Source: Geopsychrobacteraceae bacterium (GTDB taxonomy: Bacteria; Desulfobacterota; Desulfuromonadia; Desulfuromonadales; Geopsychrobacteraceae). From it: a stretch of DNA of 64,000 nucleotides. The notes below the pieces were generated by a model, which was not told where the DNA came from, made no database searches, and saw nothing but the letters and a program-made list of their open reading frames with translations. Where the stretch lies: NCBI GenBank assembly GCA_963662315.1, contig OY759353.1:1792001-1856000 (forward strand), written 5' to 3'. This document shows, one piece after another, positions 42,378 through 53,643 of this stretch. The translations under genes were made by a program, and so were the position numbers. The stretch's first letter is position 1. Each line of letters opens with the position of its first letter.

Positions 42378-44132
42378 TTACTCTGCTGCAAATCCTTTAA
42401 GACGTTTGGCACGGCTGGGGTGACGCAACTTGCGCAGCGCCTTGGCCTCAATCTGGCGAATTCGCTCACGGGTAACGTTAAAGTCCTGACCAACCTCCTC
42501 AAGCGTATGATCAGACTTTTCACCAATACCGAAACGCATGCGCAGAACTTTCTCTTCACGCGGGGTTAAAGAGGAGAGAACGCGGGATGTCTGGTCAGCA
42601 AGATTACTTTTCACCACGGCTTCAAGAGGTGAAATTACCCCTTTGTCTTCAATAAAATCACCCAGAGAAGAATCTTCTTCTTCGCCGATCGGAGTTTCAA
42701 GGCTGATCGGTTCCTTGGCAATTTTCAGAACCCGGCGTACCTTGTCCAGAGGCAGATCCATCCGTTCGGCAATTTCTTCTGGAGTGGGTTCACGGCCACA
42801 CTCCTGTACCAACTGACGGGTGGTCCGAATCAGTTTGTTGATGGTCTCGATCATGTGAACCGGAATCCGGATAGTACGCGCCTGGTCGGCAATAGCACGG
42901 GTGATCGCCTGCCGGATCCACCAGGTCGCATAGGTTGAAAATTTGTAGCCACGCTGATATTCGAACTTATCAACGGCTTTCATCAGACCGATATTTCCTT
43001 CCTGAATCAGGTCGAGAAATTGCAGACCACGGTTGGTGTATTTTTTGGCGATGGAAACAACCAGGCGCAGGTTGGCCTCGATCAGCTCGGTTTTCGCTTT
43101 TTTAGCGATCCATTCCCCTTTGTAAACTTCCTTCAGGTATTCAAGCAGATCGTCAGGTTCAAAGCCGGATTCTTCTTTAACCTGCTTGAATTTTCGCTCA
43201 GCAGAGAGCAAGCGCTTTTCTACTGACAGCAAAACATCGCCAGCGACATTAAGCTCAGCGGCAACGGCAAGAGCCTCATCTTCGCTTTGACGCATACGTT
43301 TCAAGTAGGCGCCGATTTCGCTGTGTGGCTTGCTGACCTTCTCCTCGCAGTCGGAAATTTCCGCTTTGCCTTTTTTAACCTGGTTCCCCATTTCTTTAAG
43401 GCGGTCAACGATCTTGGCAACCTGGAAATCTTTCAGACGTACCTGACGCAACACTTCAAGAATTTGCTCACGGATCTCAGCCCGTTGTGCTTCGAGCTTA
43501 GCCAGCTTCTTTTCGTCCTCTTCGTGAGCCACTGCATCGAGAACACCCCGCATCGCCTGATCAAGAGGACGCAGCTTTTCCAGCAGACCGAGCAGCCGTT
43601 CACGCACACGCCCTTCTGCTTCACCGCCTTCTTCATCATCATAATCGCGGGTTATTTCTGAAACATTGATCTGTACCTTTTCCAGCTTTTCAAGCAGGTT
43701 GAGAGTCTCACGTGCTGCGATGGGAGTCCGCATAACAACTTTGGTGACCAGGGCTTCGCCCTCTTCAATCCGTTTGGCGATTTCAACTTCGCCTTCCCGT
43801 GTCAACAGTGCGACCTGCCCCATTTCACGCAGATACATGCGTACCGGATCACTGGTACGCCCCAGGGTGCCCGCCTCAAGCTCAACATCCCCCTCATCTT
43901 CATCATCGCCATCAATATCGAGGTCGCTATCTTTGGAACTGTCGATTTTGCTATCAGAATCAACAATTTCAATATCCATTTCACCAAACATACTCATGAC
44001 ATCTTCAAGTTGTTCGGAGGACACCATGTTGGCCGGCAGCATATCATTTACTTCATCATAGGTTAGGAAACCCTTTTCCTTACCCATATCAATAAGTTGC
44101 TGGACTTCTTCCTGATTATTCTTTTTTGCCAT
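42378..44132 (-). CDS. rpoD: RNA polymerase primary sigma factor
   Basis: [52 protein letters not shown]. Confidence 0.99.
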   Translation of the reverse strand: MAKKNNQEEVQQLIDMGKEKGFLTYDEVNDMLPANMVSSEQLEDVMSMFGEMDIEIVDSDSKIDSSKDSDLDIDGDDEDEGDVELEAGTLGRTSDPVRMYLREMGQVALLTREGEVEIAKRIEEGEALVTKVVMRTPIAARETLNLLEKLEKVQINVSEITRDYDDEEGGEAEGRVRERLLGLLEKLRPLDQAMRGVLDAVAHEEDEKKLAKLEAQRAEIREQILEVLRQVRLKDFQVAKIVDRLKEMGNQVKKGKAEISDCEEKVSKPHSEIGAYLKRMRQSEDEALAVAAELNVAGDVLLSVEKRLLSAERKFKQVKEESGFEPDDLLEYLKEVYKGEWIAKKAKTELIEANLRLVVSIAKKYTNRGLQFLDLIQEGNIGLMKAVDKFEYQRGYKFSTYATWWIRQAITRAIADQARTIRIPVHMIETINKLIRTTRQLVQECGREPTPEEIAERMDLPLDKVRRVLKIAKEPISLETPIGEEEDSSLGDFIEDKGVISPLEAVVKSNLADQTSRVLSSLTPREEKVLRMRFGIGEKSDHTLEEVGQDFNVTRERIRQIEAKALRKLRHPSRAKRLKGFAAE

Positions 44133-44197
44133 TATGTCCCAATCTCCTCTGCCGATAAATGCAGATTGTTTGTTGCCCTAAAAAATAAGTGTACCTG

Positions 44198-46114
44198 CTA
44201 TTTAAGCTTTTGTAACTCTTCCAGCAAATCTTTTACCCGATCTGATTGTCCCGCACCTTCAAGATCCCGGATCCGTGTCAGCAGTTCTTCTCTGCGGCGT
44301 TTTTTTTGATCCCTCTTGTGAGCAGCCAGACAATCGGTAAAAAGGTTTTCACTTGTTTCAGCGAACTGCGCTTTATCTATGTTAATCAGTTGACGCAACA
44401 ACACCTGCTCCTCAGGAGAGAGTTGCGCCATCAACACCTCTGGTACAAGCTTCTGATCTTCGGGCAAGCTCAATATGATGCTGGCGATTGATTTCATCTC
44501 CGGGTGACTGAAAAGCCCACTCCCGCCATGTTCCAGCATACGCTGCCGTGGTACCAATTCGTGGACCAGCAGGCTGAGTAAAGTCTGTTCCGTACGGTTC
44601 ACTATTTTTTGTTGCGCCGGTCGGCGAACCGATTGCGACCGCTGCGGAGGATTCTGTTGCCTTTCAGCAAACGAATAATCCTCAAAATTTTCAGGCAGAT
44701 AATCCGGCTCAGGATAATCTTGGGGCGGCGGCACATCTAACTCTGGCGCTAAAGAAACTTGTGCCACCGGCAACGGCCGTAAGCGCTCACGCTCCTTGGC
44801 GGAGGCAGCCTGGCGTTTTTTGCCCTCCAGCATATTCCTGAGCAAATCCAGTTCAATATTACTGCGTTGAGCCAGTTCTTTCAGGTACAGATCCTGCTCC
44901 AGCTGACTATGCAGGGCACAGATACGCTCAACAACCTTTTCTGCGGCCTGAGCCTTGGCCTCAATACTGTTACCGCTTTCTTCAAGACAGACGGCAATGA
45001 ACATATCCATGACCGGACGCGCAGCACTTAGGCGGCTGCGAAACGCATCACTCCCCTGTTGTTGCAGAAAAGAATCGGGGTCATCTCCCGCAGGCAGCTC
45101 GATCACAACCGCCGGGACACCTTCTTCCTGGAGCGTTGCCATCGCCTTGAAGGTCGCCTGCTGACCGGCGCGGTCCTGATCAAATAGCAACACGACACGT
45201 TTGACATAGCGTTTAAGTATCCGAGCATGGTCAACTGTCAATGCCGTACCGCAAGTCGCCACGGCATTGGTAAATCCAGCGCGGTTCAGGGCCAGCTGAT
45301 CAAAATAACCTTCGACCAGTAAAACTTCTTCACTCTGACGCAATGCCTGGCGAGCCTGATAGAGACCGAACAGCACCTGCCCCTTGTGGTAAATCGGCGA
45401 TTCAGTCGAATTGATGTATTTCGGCTTGCTATCGTCAAGAACCCGGCCAGCAAAGGCCACAACCCGACCCGACATATCATGAATCGGGAACATAAGCCGT
45501 CCCCGAAACAGGTCATAATCGCCACGCTCCCCTTCTTTACGAGGGCGAATCAAGCCGAGCAGTCGCGCGTCTTCTGCGGCCAGTCCCTGCGCTTCGAGGT
45601 GCTCACGCAGCCCTTCCCAGCTGTCAAGGCTATAACCGATACCGTACTCACCAGCAGCATTACGGCCATAACCACGCCGCTTCAGATACTGTCTGGCAAT
45701 TTCGCCACCCGGATGCTGCATCAGCAGTTCGTGAAAGTAAGCCGCCGCAACCTTATTGACCTGAAACAGACGCTCGCGCTGCTGACGTAAGCGCTCTTCC
45801 TCGGGGGACAAGGTACGCTCTTCCAGTTCAATTCCGGCCCGTTCGGCCAGCCGTCTTACAGCATCGGGAAACGTCATTCCCTCAATCTGCATCAGGAAGG
45901 AAAAAACATCCCCCCCACAGCCGCAGCCAAAACAGTGAAAAAACTGGCGGGCCGCATTAACACTAAAGGACGGTGATTTTTCGGAATGAAAGGGGCATAG
46001 CCCCATATGATTTGCCCCGGAGCGCTTAAGACTCACATATTGCGAGACAAGCTCGACAATATCAGTGCGCTCCCGCACCTCATTAATTTTTCCTTCCGAA
46101 ATCTGACCGGTCAT
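44198..46114 (-). CDS. dnaG: DNA primase
   Basis: CPFH..CFGC zinc finger, FRGRLMFPI, PKYINS, VEGYFD, FDQDRAG TOPRIM. Confidence 0.98.
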   Translation of the reverse strand: MTGQISEGKINEVRERTDIVELVSQYVSLKRSGANHMGLCPFHSEKSPSFSVNAARQFFHCFGCGCGGDVFSFLMQIEGMTFPDAVRRLAERAGIELEERTLSPEEERLRQQRERLFQVNKVAAAYFHELLMQHPGGEIARQYLKRRGYGRNAAGEYGIGYSLDSWEGLREHLEAQGLAAEDARLLGLIRPRKEGERGDYDLFRGRLMFPIHDMSGRVVAFAGRVLDDSKPKYINSTESPIYHKGQVLFGLYQARQALRQSEEVLLVEGYFDQLALNRAGFTNAVATCGTALTVDHARILKRYVKRVVLLFDQDRAGQQATFKAMATLQEEGVPAVVIELPAGDDPDSFLQQQGSDAFRSRLSAARPVMDMFIAVCLEESGNSIEAKAQAAEKVVERICALHSQLEQDLYLKELAQRSNIELDLLRNMLEGKKRQAASAKERERLRPLPVAQVSLAPELDVPPPQDYPEPDYLPENFEDYSFAERQQNPPQRSQSVRRPAQQKIVNRTEQTLLSLLVHELVPRQRMLEHGGSGLFSHPEMKSIASIILSLPEDQKLVPEVLMAQLSPEEQVLLRQLINIDKAQFAETSENLFTDCLAAHKRDQKKRRREELLTRIRDLEGAGQSDRVKDLLEELQKLK

Positions 46115-48489
46115 CTTCCGTTCAATTCAATAATAGTGATATTTTCACCACCATGCTCAGCCGGCGCCGCATAAAACGCCGCTACGCCCTGTTCCTTGGC
46201 CAGAAATTCACGCACGGCCTGACGCAACCGTCCGGTACCTGATCCATGCACAACTTCAACCTGTTTCAGGTTGTAGAGCAGCGCATCATCGATAAAGCGA
46301 TCAAGCAATAGCAGGGCGTCCTCAATGCGCTGACCAATCAGCGTCAATTTTGAATTGACCTGGCGCTCCACAACTTTACGCGACAACGCCCCTTTTTTCG
46401 GCTGACTCTCAGCAAAGCGCCGTGGTTCAAACTGCTCAAGAGCGGCCAGAGGCTGCCGCATCCGCTTACCATTGACCAGCAGCTCAACGGTTGCCCCTGA
46501 CGTTTTTACAACCAAGGCTTCGCAACCCAGCAGGGCAATTTTGACCAGTTCCCCCACTTGCAGTTCACGCGGGATATTCCCGGAGCGCTCCTGCCTGGGC
46601 TTGAACGGCTTAAGCTGCCCGCGCGCTTCGGCGAGCTCAGCGCTATCAGCAACCGCCTGTTGTGGGGACACCGCCCCCGGAGCCCGTTTGCGCAACTTTT
46701 TCAAGCGCGCCTCAGTGGCACTGATCAGCTCTTCCGCTTCTGTTGTCGCCCGAGCCAGTATTTTCTTGCGCTGCGCCTTCAACTCCGCGAGCTGCTGCTT
46801 GCGTAACGCCTGGCTGGTTTCAGCCCCCAAACGTGCCTGACGAACTGCAACATACTCCCTGTCGAGCTCCTGCTGACGTTCATTCAAGCGTGCCAGCAAC
46901 GCACTCTGGTCAAGCTCCTGGGTTCCAAGGTAACGCTCGGCCTGCTCCAGTACAGCAGTCGGCAATCCCAACCGGCGAGCTGTTGTTAACGCACTGCTGG
47001 CGCCCGGAATGCCATAACGCAGCCGGTAAGTCGGCAGCAAGGTCTCAGGTTCAAACTCAACGGCAGCATTGTGAATATCAGGTCGGCTGTGAGCAAACAG
47101 CTTCAATTGCCCCAGATGGGTTGTCAACAGCGTCTTCGCCCCCTGTTGCCCCAACTGGTCAAGTACGGCCTGCACCAATGCCGCTCCCTCGGCCGGATCA
47201 GTGCCGGTTCCGGCTTCATCGAGCAAAACCAGAGTTTCAGCATCAGCGGCCGCCAGAATCGATCGCATTTTCAACAGGTGACCGGAAAAGGTCGAAATAC
47301 TCTGCGAAATACTCTGCTCATCACCGATATCGACATGTACCTGCCGATACAGGTGCAGTCGGCTGTCCGGGTGACAGGGGATAAACAGCCCCGAGCGAAT
47401 CATCAACAGCATCAGGCCGAGGGTCTTCAACGCCACCGATTTACCCCCGGTATTAGGCCCACTGATAACCAGCGCGTGGCAATCCGCCGGTAGCAGCAAA
47501 TCAATGGCAACCACTCCGCCAGCATCAAAACGGCCATCTTTGACAAGCAGCAAAGGATGCCGGACGTCTTTCAGTTCAACCAGCGATTCCCTGACCAGCT
47601 CGGGCCGCTGCCCATGATAGGCACGCGCCAGACGAGCTGCAGCAAAACGCAGATCAAGGCGGGCCAGGGCGGTCTCATTCTGGTGCAGCGCAGAACTGTC
47701 GCGACGAACCAGATCCGCCAGTTGGAGCAAAACTCGACGTTCCTCACGCTGTTCGTCACGTAACAGCTGTTGCAGCTGATTGTTGGCATCAAAAACCCGA
47801 GCCGGTTCGATATATAACGTCTGCCCGCTGGATGACTCATCGAGCACGAAGCCCTTCACCTGACCGCGGTAATCACTTTTAAGCGGTACCACGTAACGTC
47901 CGTTACGAATCGTAACCAAACGTTCCTGAAAATAGGCAGCACTGTTCTCGTCGGTCAATAACTGGTCAAGCTGTTGCCGAATTCTGCTGCGGGTCTGGCG
48001 AATCCGGTAACGCAGGTCGCCCAATTCAAAAGACGCGCTGTCAAGCAACTCGCCACGGATTCCAATTGAATCTTTCAGACGCCGTTGCAACTCAGGCAAC
48101 GAGGTCAGCTGCTCAGCACACTCCTGCAAAAAAGGACAGCCCTGTCGCGCGGCAAACCAGCGCCGACAGTCGGTCGTCACCATTAATGACTGGCCGATTT
48201 TCAGCAGATCCTCAGGTATGATCAACAGCCCTGCCGCGGCAGACTGAGTCAATATGCTCGTCAGCGACCAGCAACCTCCCAGCGAAAGAGCATGACCGTT
48301 TTCAAGTAAACGTACCGCTTCACCGACCTCGTCAAGAGCACGACTCACTTCGGCATCTGCCGCCATCGGTTGCAGATGCCCGGCGGCCAAGCTTCCCGGT
48401 TCGGATTGAGTATGTCCGGCCAGCTGTTGTTTCAGTTGTGGATACTCAAGTCTTTCAAGCACATCATTGGTACAAATCATTGCCGTCAA
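46111..48489 (-). CDS. mutS2: MutS2 (Smr domain) protein
   Basis: SGPNTGGKS, DIGDEQSI, DEAGTGTDP, TTH, C-terminal VHGSGTGRLR. Confidence 0.96.
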   Translation of the reverse strand: MTAMICTNDVLERLEYPQLKQQLAGHTQSEPGSLAAGHLQPMAADAEVSRALDEVGEAVRLLENGHALSLGGCWSLTSILTQSAAAGLLIIPEDLLKIGQSLMVTTDCRRWFAARQGCPFLQECAEQLTSLPELQRRLKDSIGIRGELLDSASFELGDLRYRIRQTRSRIRQQLDQLLTDENSAAYFQERLVTIRNGRYVVPLKSDYRGQVKGFVLDESSSGQTLYIEPARVFDANNQLQQLLRDEQREERRVLLQLADLVRRDSSALHQNETALARLDLRFAAARLARAYHGQRPELVRESLVELKDVRHPLLLVKDGRFDAGGVVAIDLLLPADCHALVISGPNTGGKSVALKTLGLMLLMIRSGLFIPCHPDSRLHLYRQVHVDIGDEQSISQSISTFSGHLLKMRSILAAADAETLVLLDEAGTGTDPAEGAALVQAVLDQLGQQGAKTLLTTHLGQLKLFAHSRPDIHNAAVEFEPETLLPTYRLRYGIPGASSALTTARRLGLPTAVLEQAERYLGTQELDQSALLARLNERQQELDREYVAVRQARLGAETSQALRKQQLAELKAQRKKILARATTEAEELISATEARLKKLRKRAPGAVSPQQAVADSAELAEARGQLKPFKPRQERSGNIPRELQVGELVKIALLGCEALVVKTSGATVELLVNGKRMRQPLAALEQFEPRRFAESQPKKGALSRKVVERQVNSKLTLIGQRIEDALLLLDRFIDDALLYNLKQVEVVHGSGTGRLRQAVREFLAKEQGVAAFYAAPAEHGGENITIIELNGR

Positions 48490-48971
48490 TTTTTGATGAG
48501 CTTACGCCCACTGGCTACAATATCATCCCCCAGGGTCACAAACGGCGGCCCGAGTTCCGACTGCAGAGTCATTTTTCTTAGGGTGTCCGGAGCCACCGAA
48601 GAGCTACAGGCCAACAACAGCATAGACAGTACAACCACCCCCTGAACAATACCGAATATTGCTCCGGCCAGGCGGTTAAAACCTCCCAGAAAAACCATTT
48701 TGACAAAGCGATGAAGAACAAAACCGATAACAGCGAAAACCACCACGAACGCCAGAAAGATAACCAGAAAGGCTACCCACACGCAAAGCTGGCTAGGCAG
48801 ACTGAGCTTGTCCTGCAGCAACTGGGCTACGGGCAGGTAAAAGGAGAATGCAAACACCCCTCCCAGCACGATACCCAGCAATGAACAAACCTCTTTTAGC
48901 AGCCCCCGAACAATCCCTTTGATCAGAAAAAACACCAGGATGATCAGGATACTGATATCGATGATTCCCAA
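48486..48971 (-). CDS. cvpA: CvpA family membrane protein
   Basis: GIVRGLLKE and NRLAGAIFG; 4 TM segments. Confidence 0.9.
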   Translation of the reverse strand: MGIIDISILIILVFFLIKGIVRGLLKEVCSLLGIVLGGVFAFSFYLPVAQLLQDKLSLPSQLCVWVAFLVIFLAFVVVFAVIGFVLHRFVKMVFLGGFNRLAGAIFGIVQGVVVLSMLLLACSSSVAPDTLRKMTLQSELGPPFVTLGDDIVASGRKLIKN

Positions 48972-48994
48972 AATCAGCTCCGCAAACCAGCAGG

Positions 48995-49438
48995 TTAGGC
49001 CAGTTGTTCCCGGACCAATTGATTTACCAACTTTCCATCCGCCGCACCTTTGGTTCTGGCCATGATCTGAGGCATGACTTTCCCCATATCTTTCATGGAT
49101 GAGGCGCCAACTTCGGCGATAACAGCCGTGACAATCGCCTTGATCTCTTCTTCGCCCAGCTGAGCAGGCAGATAATCCTGCAGAACCGCCATTTCGGCCT
49201 CTTCTTTAGCGGCCAGCTCAGGACGATCATTGTCAATGTACATCTGAGCAGCTTCACGACGTTGTTTAACAAGCGTGCTGATGACTGAGATAATAGCATC
49301 ATCATCAAGGTCCTGCTGCAATTCGATCTCTTTATTTTTAATTGCGCCGCGCAACTGACGGATAGTGCTCAATCGCTCGGTCTGTTTGGCCTTCATGGCC
49401 TCTTTCATATCTGCAGTGAGTTGGTCTTTAAGGCTCAT
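48995..49438 (-). CDS. yqeY: GatB/YqeY domain protein
   Basis: DMKEAMKAK, KQRRE, YLPAQL, KDMGKVM, ADGK. Confidence 0.95.
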   Translation of the reverse strand: MSLKDQLTADMKEAMKAKQTERLSTIRQLRGAIKNKEIELQQDLDDDAIISVISTLVKQRREAAQMYIDNDRPELAAKEEAEMAVLQDYLPAQLGEEEIKAIVTAVIAEVGASSMKDMGKVMPQIMARTKGAADGKLVNQLVREQLA

Positions 49439-49829
49439 GTATTTTCTCCGGAAAGGGAGTCATCTTTAATGCAAATAGGGTGCGCAGAATATTCTGGCAC
49501 CCGCAGTGAATTAATTTGATAACTCGCTCGCTTATGACTTCATTTAAATTTGCCATGGTGGTAGAGCAAAAGAAGCTTACCCATTTAAACGAATTTGGCA
49601 GTATATTGACTCATCGGATACAAATCAAGAAATATTTCTCATTCATCATACAAAAAAACAAGTACGACTCTGCAAATTATCACCACCAGCCCGCAGTCCG
49701 AATTCAATTCCACCAGCACTGGCCCTTAAATGCCAACCCCCATGGTATAATTAACTACATTCTGGCAGCGATAGAAATGACGACAGACGGCTTTCAAAGG
49801 TTAAATAAAGCTACGAAAGGTGACCGGTC

Positions 49830-51182
49830 ATGAACACCTTCAAAATAATATCGTTAACGTTACTGCTCTGGTCAGTTTGCCTGATCTTCCCCCCCACCAG
49901 CCACAGCAGGACGGCCAGCGTACGCACACTCACCATCGCATCATCAATCAACCCGGTGACCGCAGCGTTTATCAATGAACAGATTGGCCTGGCCAACAGC
50001 CACAATGACGCTGCCATTCTGATTCAACTCGACACCCCGGGCGGACTTGACACGGCCATGCGTGAGATTATCCAGGCTGAGCTCAACTCAGAAATACCGG
50101 TCATTGTCTATATCGCGCCACAAGGTGCCCGGGCCGCTTCTGCCGGAATGCTGATTACCCTGGCCGCTGACTTTGCCGCCATGGCGCCGGGTACCAATAT
50201 CGGTGCCGCCCATCCGGTCTCCATCGGGCCGGGCAGCCAGCCCGATAAAACGATGCTGGCCAAAGTTGAAAATGATGCCGCTGCCTATGCCCGAAGCCTG
50301 GCACAAAAGCGCGGGCGCAATCAGGACTGGGCAGAACGGGCGGTACGTGAGAGTGTAGCGATTTCCGCCACTGAGGCCGTTGACCTAGCGGTGGTCGACC
50401 TGATCGCAGACTCCAGGGACAACCTGCTGAAGCAGCTGCACGGCTACAAGTATCTGCGTGACGGCAAGCCCAGCGCTTTCGACAGCCAGAACCTGACGAT
50501 TCATGACGTTGACATGACCTGGCAGCAGCAAATATTAAATGCGCTAAGCAATCCAAACATTGCCTACTTACTAATGATGCTTGGTATTATCGGTATCTTT
50601 TTTGAGATTTCTCAACCCGGAGTTGTGTTGCCGGGAGCGATTGGAGCCATTGCACTTTTACTGGCCTTGTTTGCCTTTTCTTCATTGCCGATCAATTACG
50701 TTGGGGGTCTGCTTATTCTACTGGCAATCATTCTGTTCATCCTGGAAGTCAAGGTTGTCTCTTACGGCATGCTGTCAATAGGCGGAATAATCAGCATGGC
50801 TTTCGGCTCACTGATGCTCATCGATAGCAGCGAGCCCTATATGCAAATATCACGGGCTGTTATTACCGCAACAGTCGCTGTCAGTGCCGGCTTTTTTCTG
50901 CTGGCCACCGGGCTGATCATCCGTACCCAGCGCCGACCGGTCACGATGGGACAGGAAGGGATGATCGGCACCCGCGGAAGAGTTATCGAAGCGATTGACC
51001 CGACAACAGGCAAAGGGCGAGTTTTTGTGCATGGCGAATACTGGTTCGTCTGCGCGGATCAGCACATTCGCGAAGGAACCGAAGTGGTTGTCGAACAACT
51101 GCTCGACGGCCTGCGTCTGAAAGTCAAACCAACCAACGGGGTCCAAACGCCAGAAGACCCTGATACCCGCAAGGAGGCTTAA
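49830..51182 (+). CDS. nfeD: NfeD family membrane-bound serine protease (long form)
   Basis: DTPGG, AASAG, GAAHPV, TM region, C-terminal VHGEYW OB domain. Confidence 0.93.
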   Translation: MNTFKIISLTLLLWSVCLIFPPTSHSRTASVRTLTIASSINPVTAAFINEQIGLANSHNDAAILIQLDTPGGLDTAMREIIQAELNSEIPVIVYIAPQGARAASAGMLITLAADFAAMAPGTNIGAAHPVSIGPGSQPDKTMLAKVENDAAAYARSLAQKRGRNQDWAERAVRESVAISATEAVDLAVVDLIADSRDNLLKQLHGYKYLRDGKPSAFDSQNLTIHDVDMTWQQQILNALSNPNIAYLLMMLGIIGIFFEISQPGVVLPGAIGAIALLLALFAFSSLPINYVGGLLILLAIILFILEVKVVSYGMLSIGGIISMAFGSLMLIDSSEPYMQISRAVITATVAVSAGFFLLATGLIIRTQRRPVTMGQEGMIGTRGRVIEAIDPTTGKGRVFVHGEYWFVCADQHIREGTEVVVEQLLDGLRLKVKPTNGVQTPEDPDTRKEA

Positions 51183-51184
51183 CC

Positions 51185-51955
51185 ATGTTTGGATTGGGGA
51201 TTAATCTGTTCTGGGTCATTGTTCTGTTCTTAATTCTGATTATTCTCGCTTCAGCTATCCGTATTCTTCTTGAATACGAACGGGGCGTTATTTTCCGCCT
51301 TGGCCGCTTTGCCGGGGTACGGGGCCCAGGTCTGCGCCTGATCATCCCCGTTGTTGACAAGATGATCAAAATCAACATGCGAACCGTTGCCATGGATGTC
51401 CCTCCGCAGGACATCATCACCCGCGATAACGTTTCCATTAAGGTTAACGCAGTGCTTTATTTCCGTGTTGTCCAACCTGACAAGGCATTGATCGAAGTTG
51501 ATAATTACCTTTATGCAACCAGCCAACTGGCCCAGACTTCGTTGCGTAGTGTGCTGGGACAGGTGGAACTTGATGACCTGCTGGGGCAACGCGATAAAAT
51601 CAATCATAATCTGCAGGAGATTCTTGACCGCCAGACTGACCCCTGGGGTGTAAAGGTATCGAACGTTGAGATTAAGCATGTCGACCTGCCGGTTGAAATG
51701 CAGCGGGCCATGGCCCGACAAGCCGAAGCAGAGCGTGAGCGCCGCGCCAAGGTCATTCATGCCAAAGGCGAGTTTGAAGCGTCCAAAACCCTGGCTGATG
51801 CCGCCCAGCAGATTTCGACCCAAAACGGCGCACTCCAGTTACGCTTTTTACAGACCATGACAGAAATTGCTACGGAGAAAAATTCGACAATCCTGTTTCC
51901 GATGCCACTGGATCTGATCAGACCGTTTATTGAGGATAAAAAGGGTGGGGAATAA
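51185..51955 (+). CDS. SPFH / stomatin (slipin) protein
   Basis: [37 protein letters not shown]. Confidence 0.95.
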   Translation: MFGLGINLFWVIVLFLILIILASAIRILLEYERGVIFRLGRFAGVRGPGLRLIIPVVDKMIKINMRTVAMDVPPQDIITRDNVSIKVNAVLYFRVVQPDKALIEVDNYLYATSQLAQTSLRSVLGQVELDDLLGQRDKINHNLQEILDRQTDPWGVKVSNVEIKHVDLPVEMQRAMARQAEAERERRAKVIHAKGEFEASKTLADAAQQISTQNGALQLRFLQTMTEIATEKNSTILFPMPLDLIRPFIEDKKGGE

Positions 51956-51960
51956 TTGAC

Positions 51961-52002
51961 AAAGGTAGAATACGAGACTCTTGGGCCGCGTATTCTACCT
52001 TT
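51961..52002. terminator. Bidirectional intrinsic terminator
   Basis: AAAGGTAGAATACG / CGTATTCTACCTTT between convergent genes. Confidence 0.75.
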
Positions 52003-52008
52003 AATAGG

Positions 52009-52359
52009 TCATTCGTATTCAACCGGAACCGCACAGATCATTTTCATCGCCTGGTGATCAGAAGTGTTACGATACTGGTGCTTTTCGTTCGGTTTGACAA
52101 AGGCAAAGTCCCCCGCTTTAATCGGATGCAGGTCACCTGCTTCGTCGACCAGTGCCCCCTCGCCTTCAATTACGTAATTGACATGCTCGGAAACATGCTG
52201 ATGGTATGGAGTATGTCCCCCCGGTTCAATAGTAAACACCCGGAATGAAAAATTGGGGACATCATCATCTTTGCCAACTGGGACCTGCTTGGTCACGCCA
52301 AGAACGCCATCCATAGCCATCGGAAATGATGCAATCTGATCCAGTGCTGTAACCTTCAT
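52009..52359 (-). CDS. Cupin domain protein
   Basis: TPYHQH..EH.NYV..GEG and P...HQY; AGGAG RBS. Confidence 0.9.
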   Translation of the reverse strand: MKVTALDQIASFPMAMDGVLGVTKQVPVGKDDDVPNFSFRVFTIEPGGHTPYHQHVSEHVNYVIEGEGALVDEAGDLHPIKAGDFAFVKPNEKHQYRNTSDHQAMKMICAVPVEYE

Positions 52360-52566
52360 AAAGGACTCCTTCTCCTTGAAAATGTCTCTGAAAACAATAG
52401 GCCGACCTGGCAAGAGCGAATAATCACCCGGCCAATATTGGAACTATTTGATTTTTGCACAAGTTATGCTAGTTTTCGATGTGTTGCAATATCTCAATGA
52501 ACCTGCCATCCATTCACACAGAAGCGAAGTATAGCGTCTGTTCCAGTTAACTAACAAGGAGGAGTA

Positions 52567-53643
52567 TTGATGTACCCAGCGGCTCTGATTCCTGCCCCCG
52601 ATGCCATTCCAGTCCCCTGGGGATGGTTCTATATTCTTCTGGTTGTCACCTTTGTGTTACATATCCTGGTGATGAACGCCATGCTTGGTGGCGGCATTAT
52701 CGCCTTACTCAGCACCCTTAAGGGAGGCAACGAGAATACTCAACTGTGCAAAGAATTCAGCTACAAATGGCCTTATACCATCGCCCTCGCCATCAATATG
52801 GGGGTCGCGCCACTGCTCTTTGTTCAGGTGCTGTACGGCCAGTTTATCTACAGCAGTTCCATTTTGATGGCCGGCTGGTGGCTCTCCATCATCGCCATGC
52901 TGATTCTTGCCTACTACAGTGCCTACATTTACGACTTTAAATTTGATGTGTTACACGGCACGCGCATATTTTTTCTCGAATTCAGCGTGTTGATGCTGAT
53001 GGTTACTGCTTTTTTCTTTACTAACAACATGACCCTGATGCTCCAGCCTGAGCGTTGGGCAGCCTACCTTACCAACGACGGGGGGACACTTCTCAATCTT
53101 ACTGACCCGACAGTTATTCCCAGGTATCTGCACTTTGTCACTGGAGCTATTGCCGTTGCCGGTCTATATCTGGCGCTGATCGGTCATTTCAACCTGCGTA
53201 AAAGTACCATTGATAAACAGATCCTGATCCGTAAAGGAATGCGATATTTCAGCCTTGCAACTTCGGTTCAAATCCTTTTGGGCTGCTGGTTTCTGTTTGC
53301 GCTCCCCAATCAGGTAATGATGTCCTTCATGGGTGGCAGTGCCTACGGTACTGTCCTATTGACCCTGGGGATTATACTGGCTCTAACCGCCCTTTACTTT
53401 GGCTACCAAGGAAAACTGATAGCGGCCAGCGGTTCAACACTTATTCTGCTGACCATCATGATCCTGATGCGCGATCTGGTTCGTATCGTTTACCTGAAGC
53501 CTTATTTCAGTATGGCCGATTTGTCTGTCAAACCGGAATATTCACCATTGATTTTCTTTCTGGTTGTATTTGTCGCCGGGCTGGCGATGATCTGGTACAT
53601 GCTCAAACTCGCCTTTAACTGCCGTAAGGAGGTGTCGAAATGA
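52567..53643 (+). CDS. Divergent CydA-like multi-pass membrane protein
   Basis: LHILVMN (helix 1 His), GVAPLLFVQVLYG, DPTVIPRYLHF; AAGGAGGAG RBS. Confidence 0.65.
   Translation: MMYPAALIPAPDAIPVPWGWFYILLVVTFVLHILVMNAMLGGGIIALLSTLKGGNENTQLCKEFSYKWPYTIALAINMGVAPLLFVQVLYGQFIYSSSILMAGWWLSIIAMLILAYYSAYIYDFKFDVLHGTRIFFLEFSVLMLMVTAFFFTNNMTLMLQPERWAAYLTNDGGTLLNLTDPTVIPRYLHFVTGAIAVAGLYLALIGHFNLRKSTIDKQILIRKGMRYFSLATSVQILLGCWFLFALPNQVMMSFMGGSAYGTVLLTLGIILALTALYFGYQGKLIAASGSTLILLTIMILMRDLVRIVYLKPYFSMADLSVKPEYSPLIFFLVVFVAGLAMIWYMLKLAFNCRKEVSK

Noticed and set aside
49430..49833. Short ORFs upstream of yqeY as possible rpsU
   Set aside because: No resemblance to ribosomal protein S21 and no RBS
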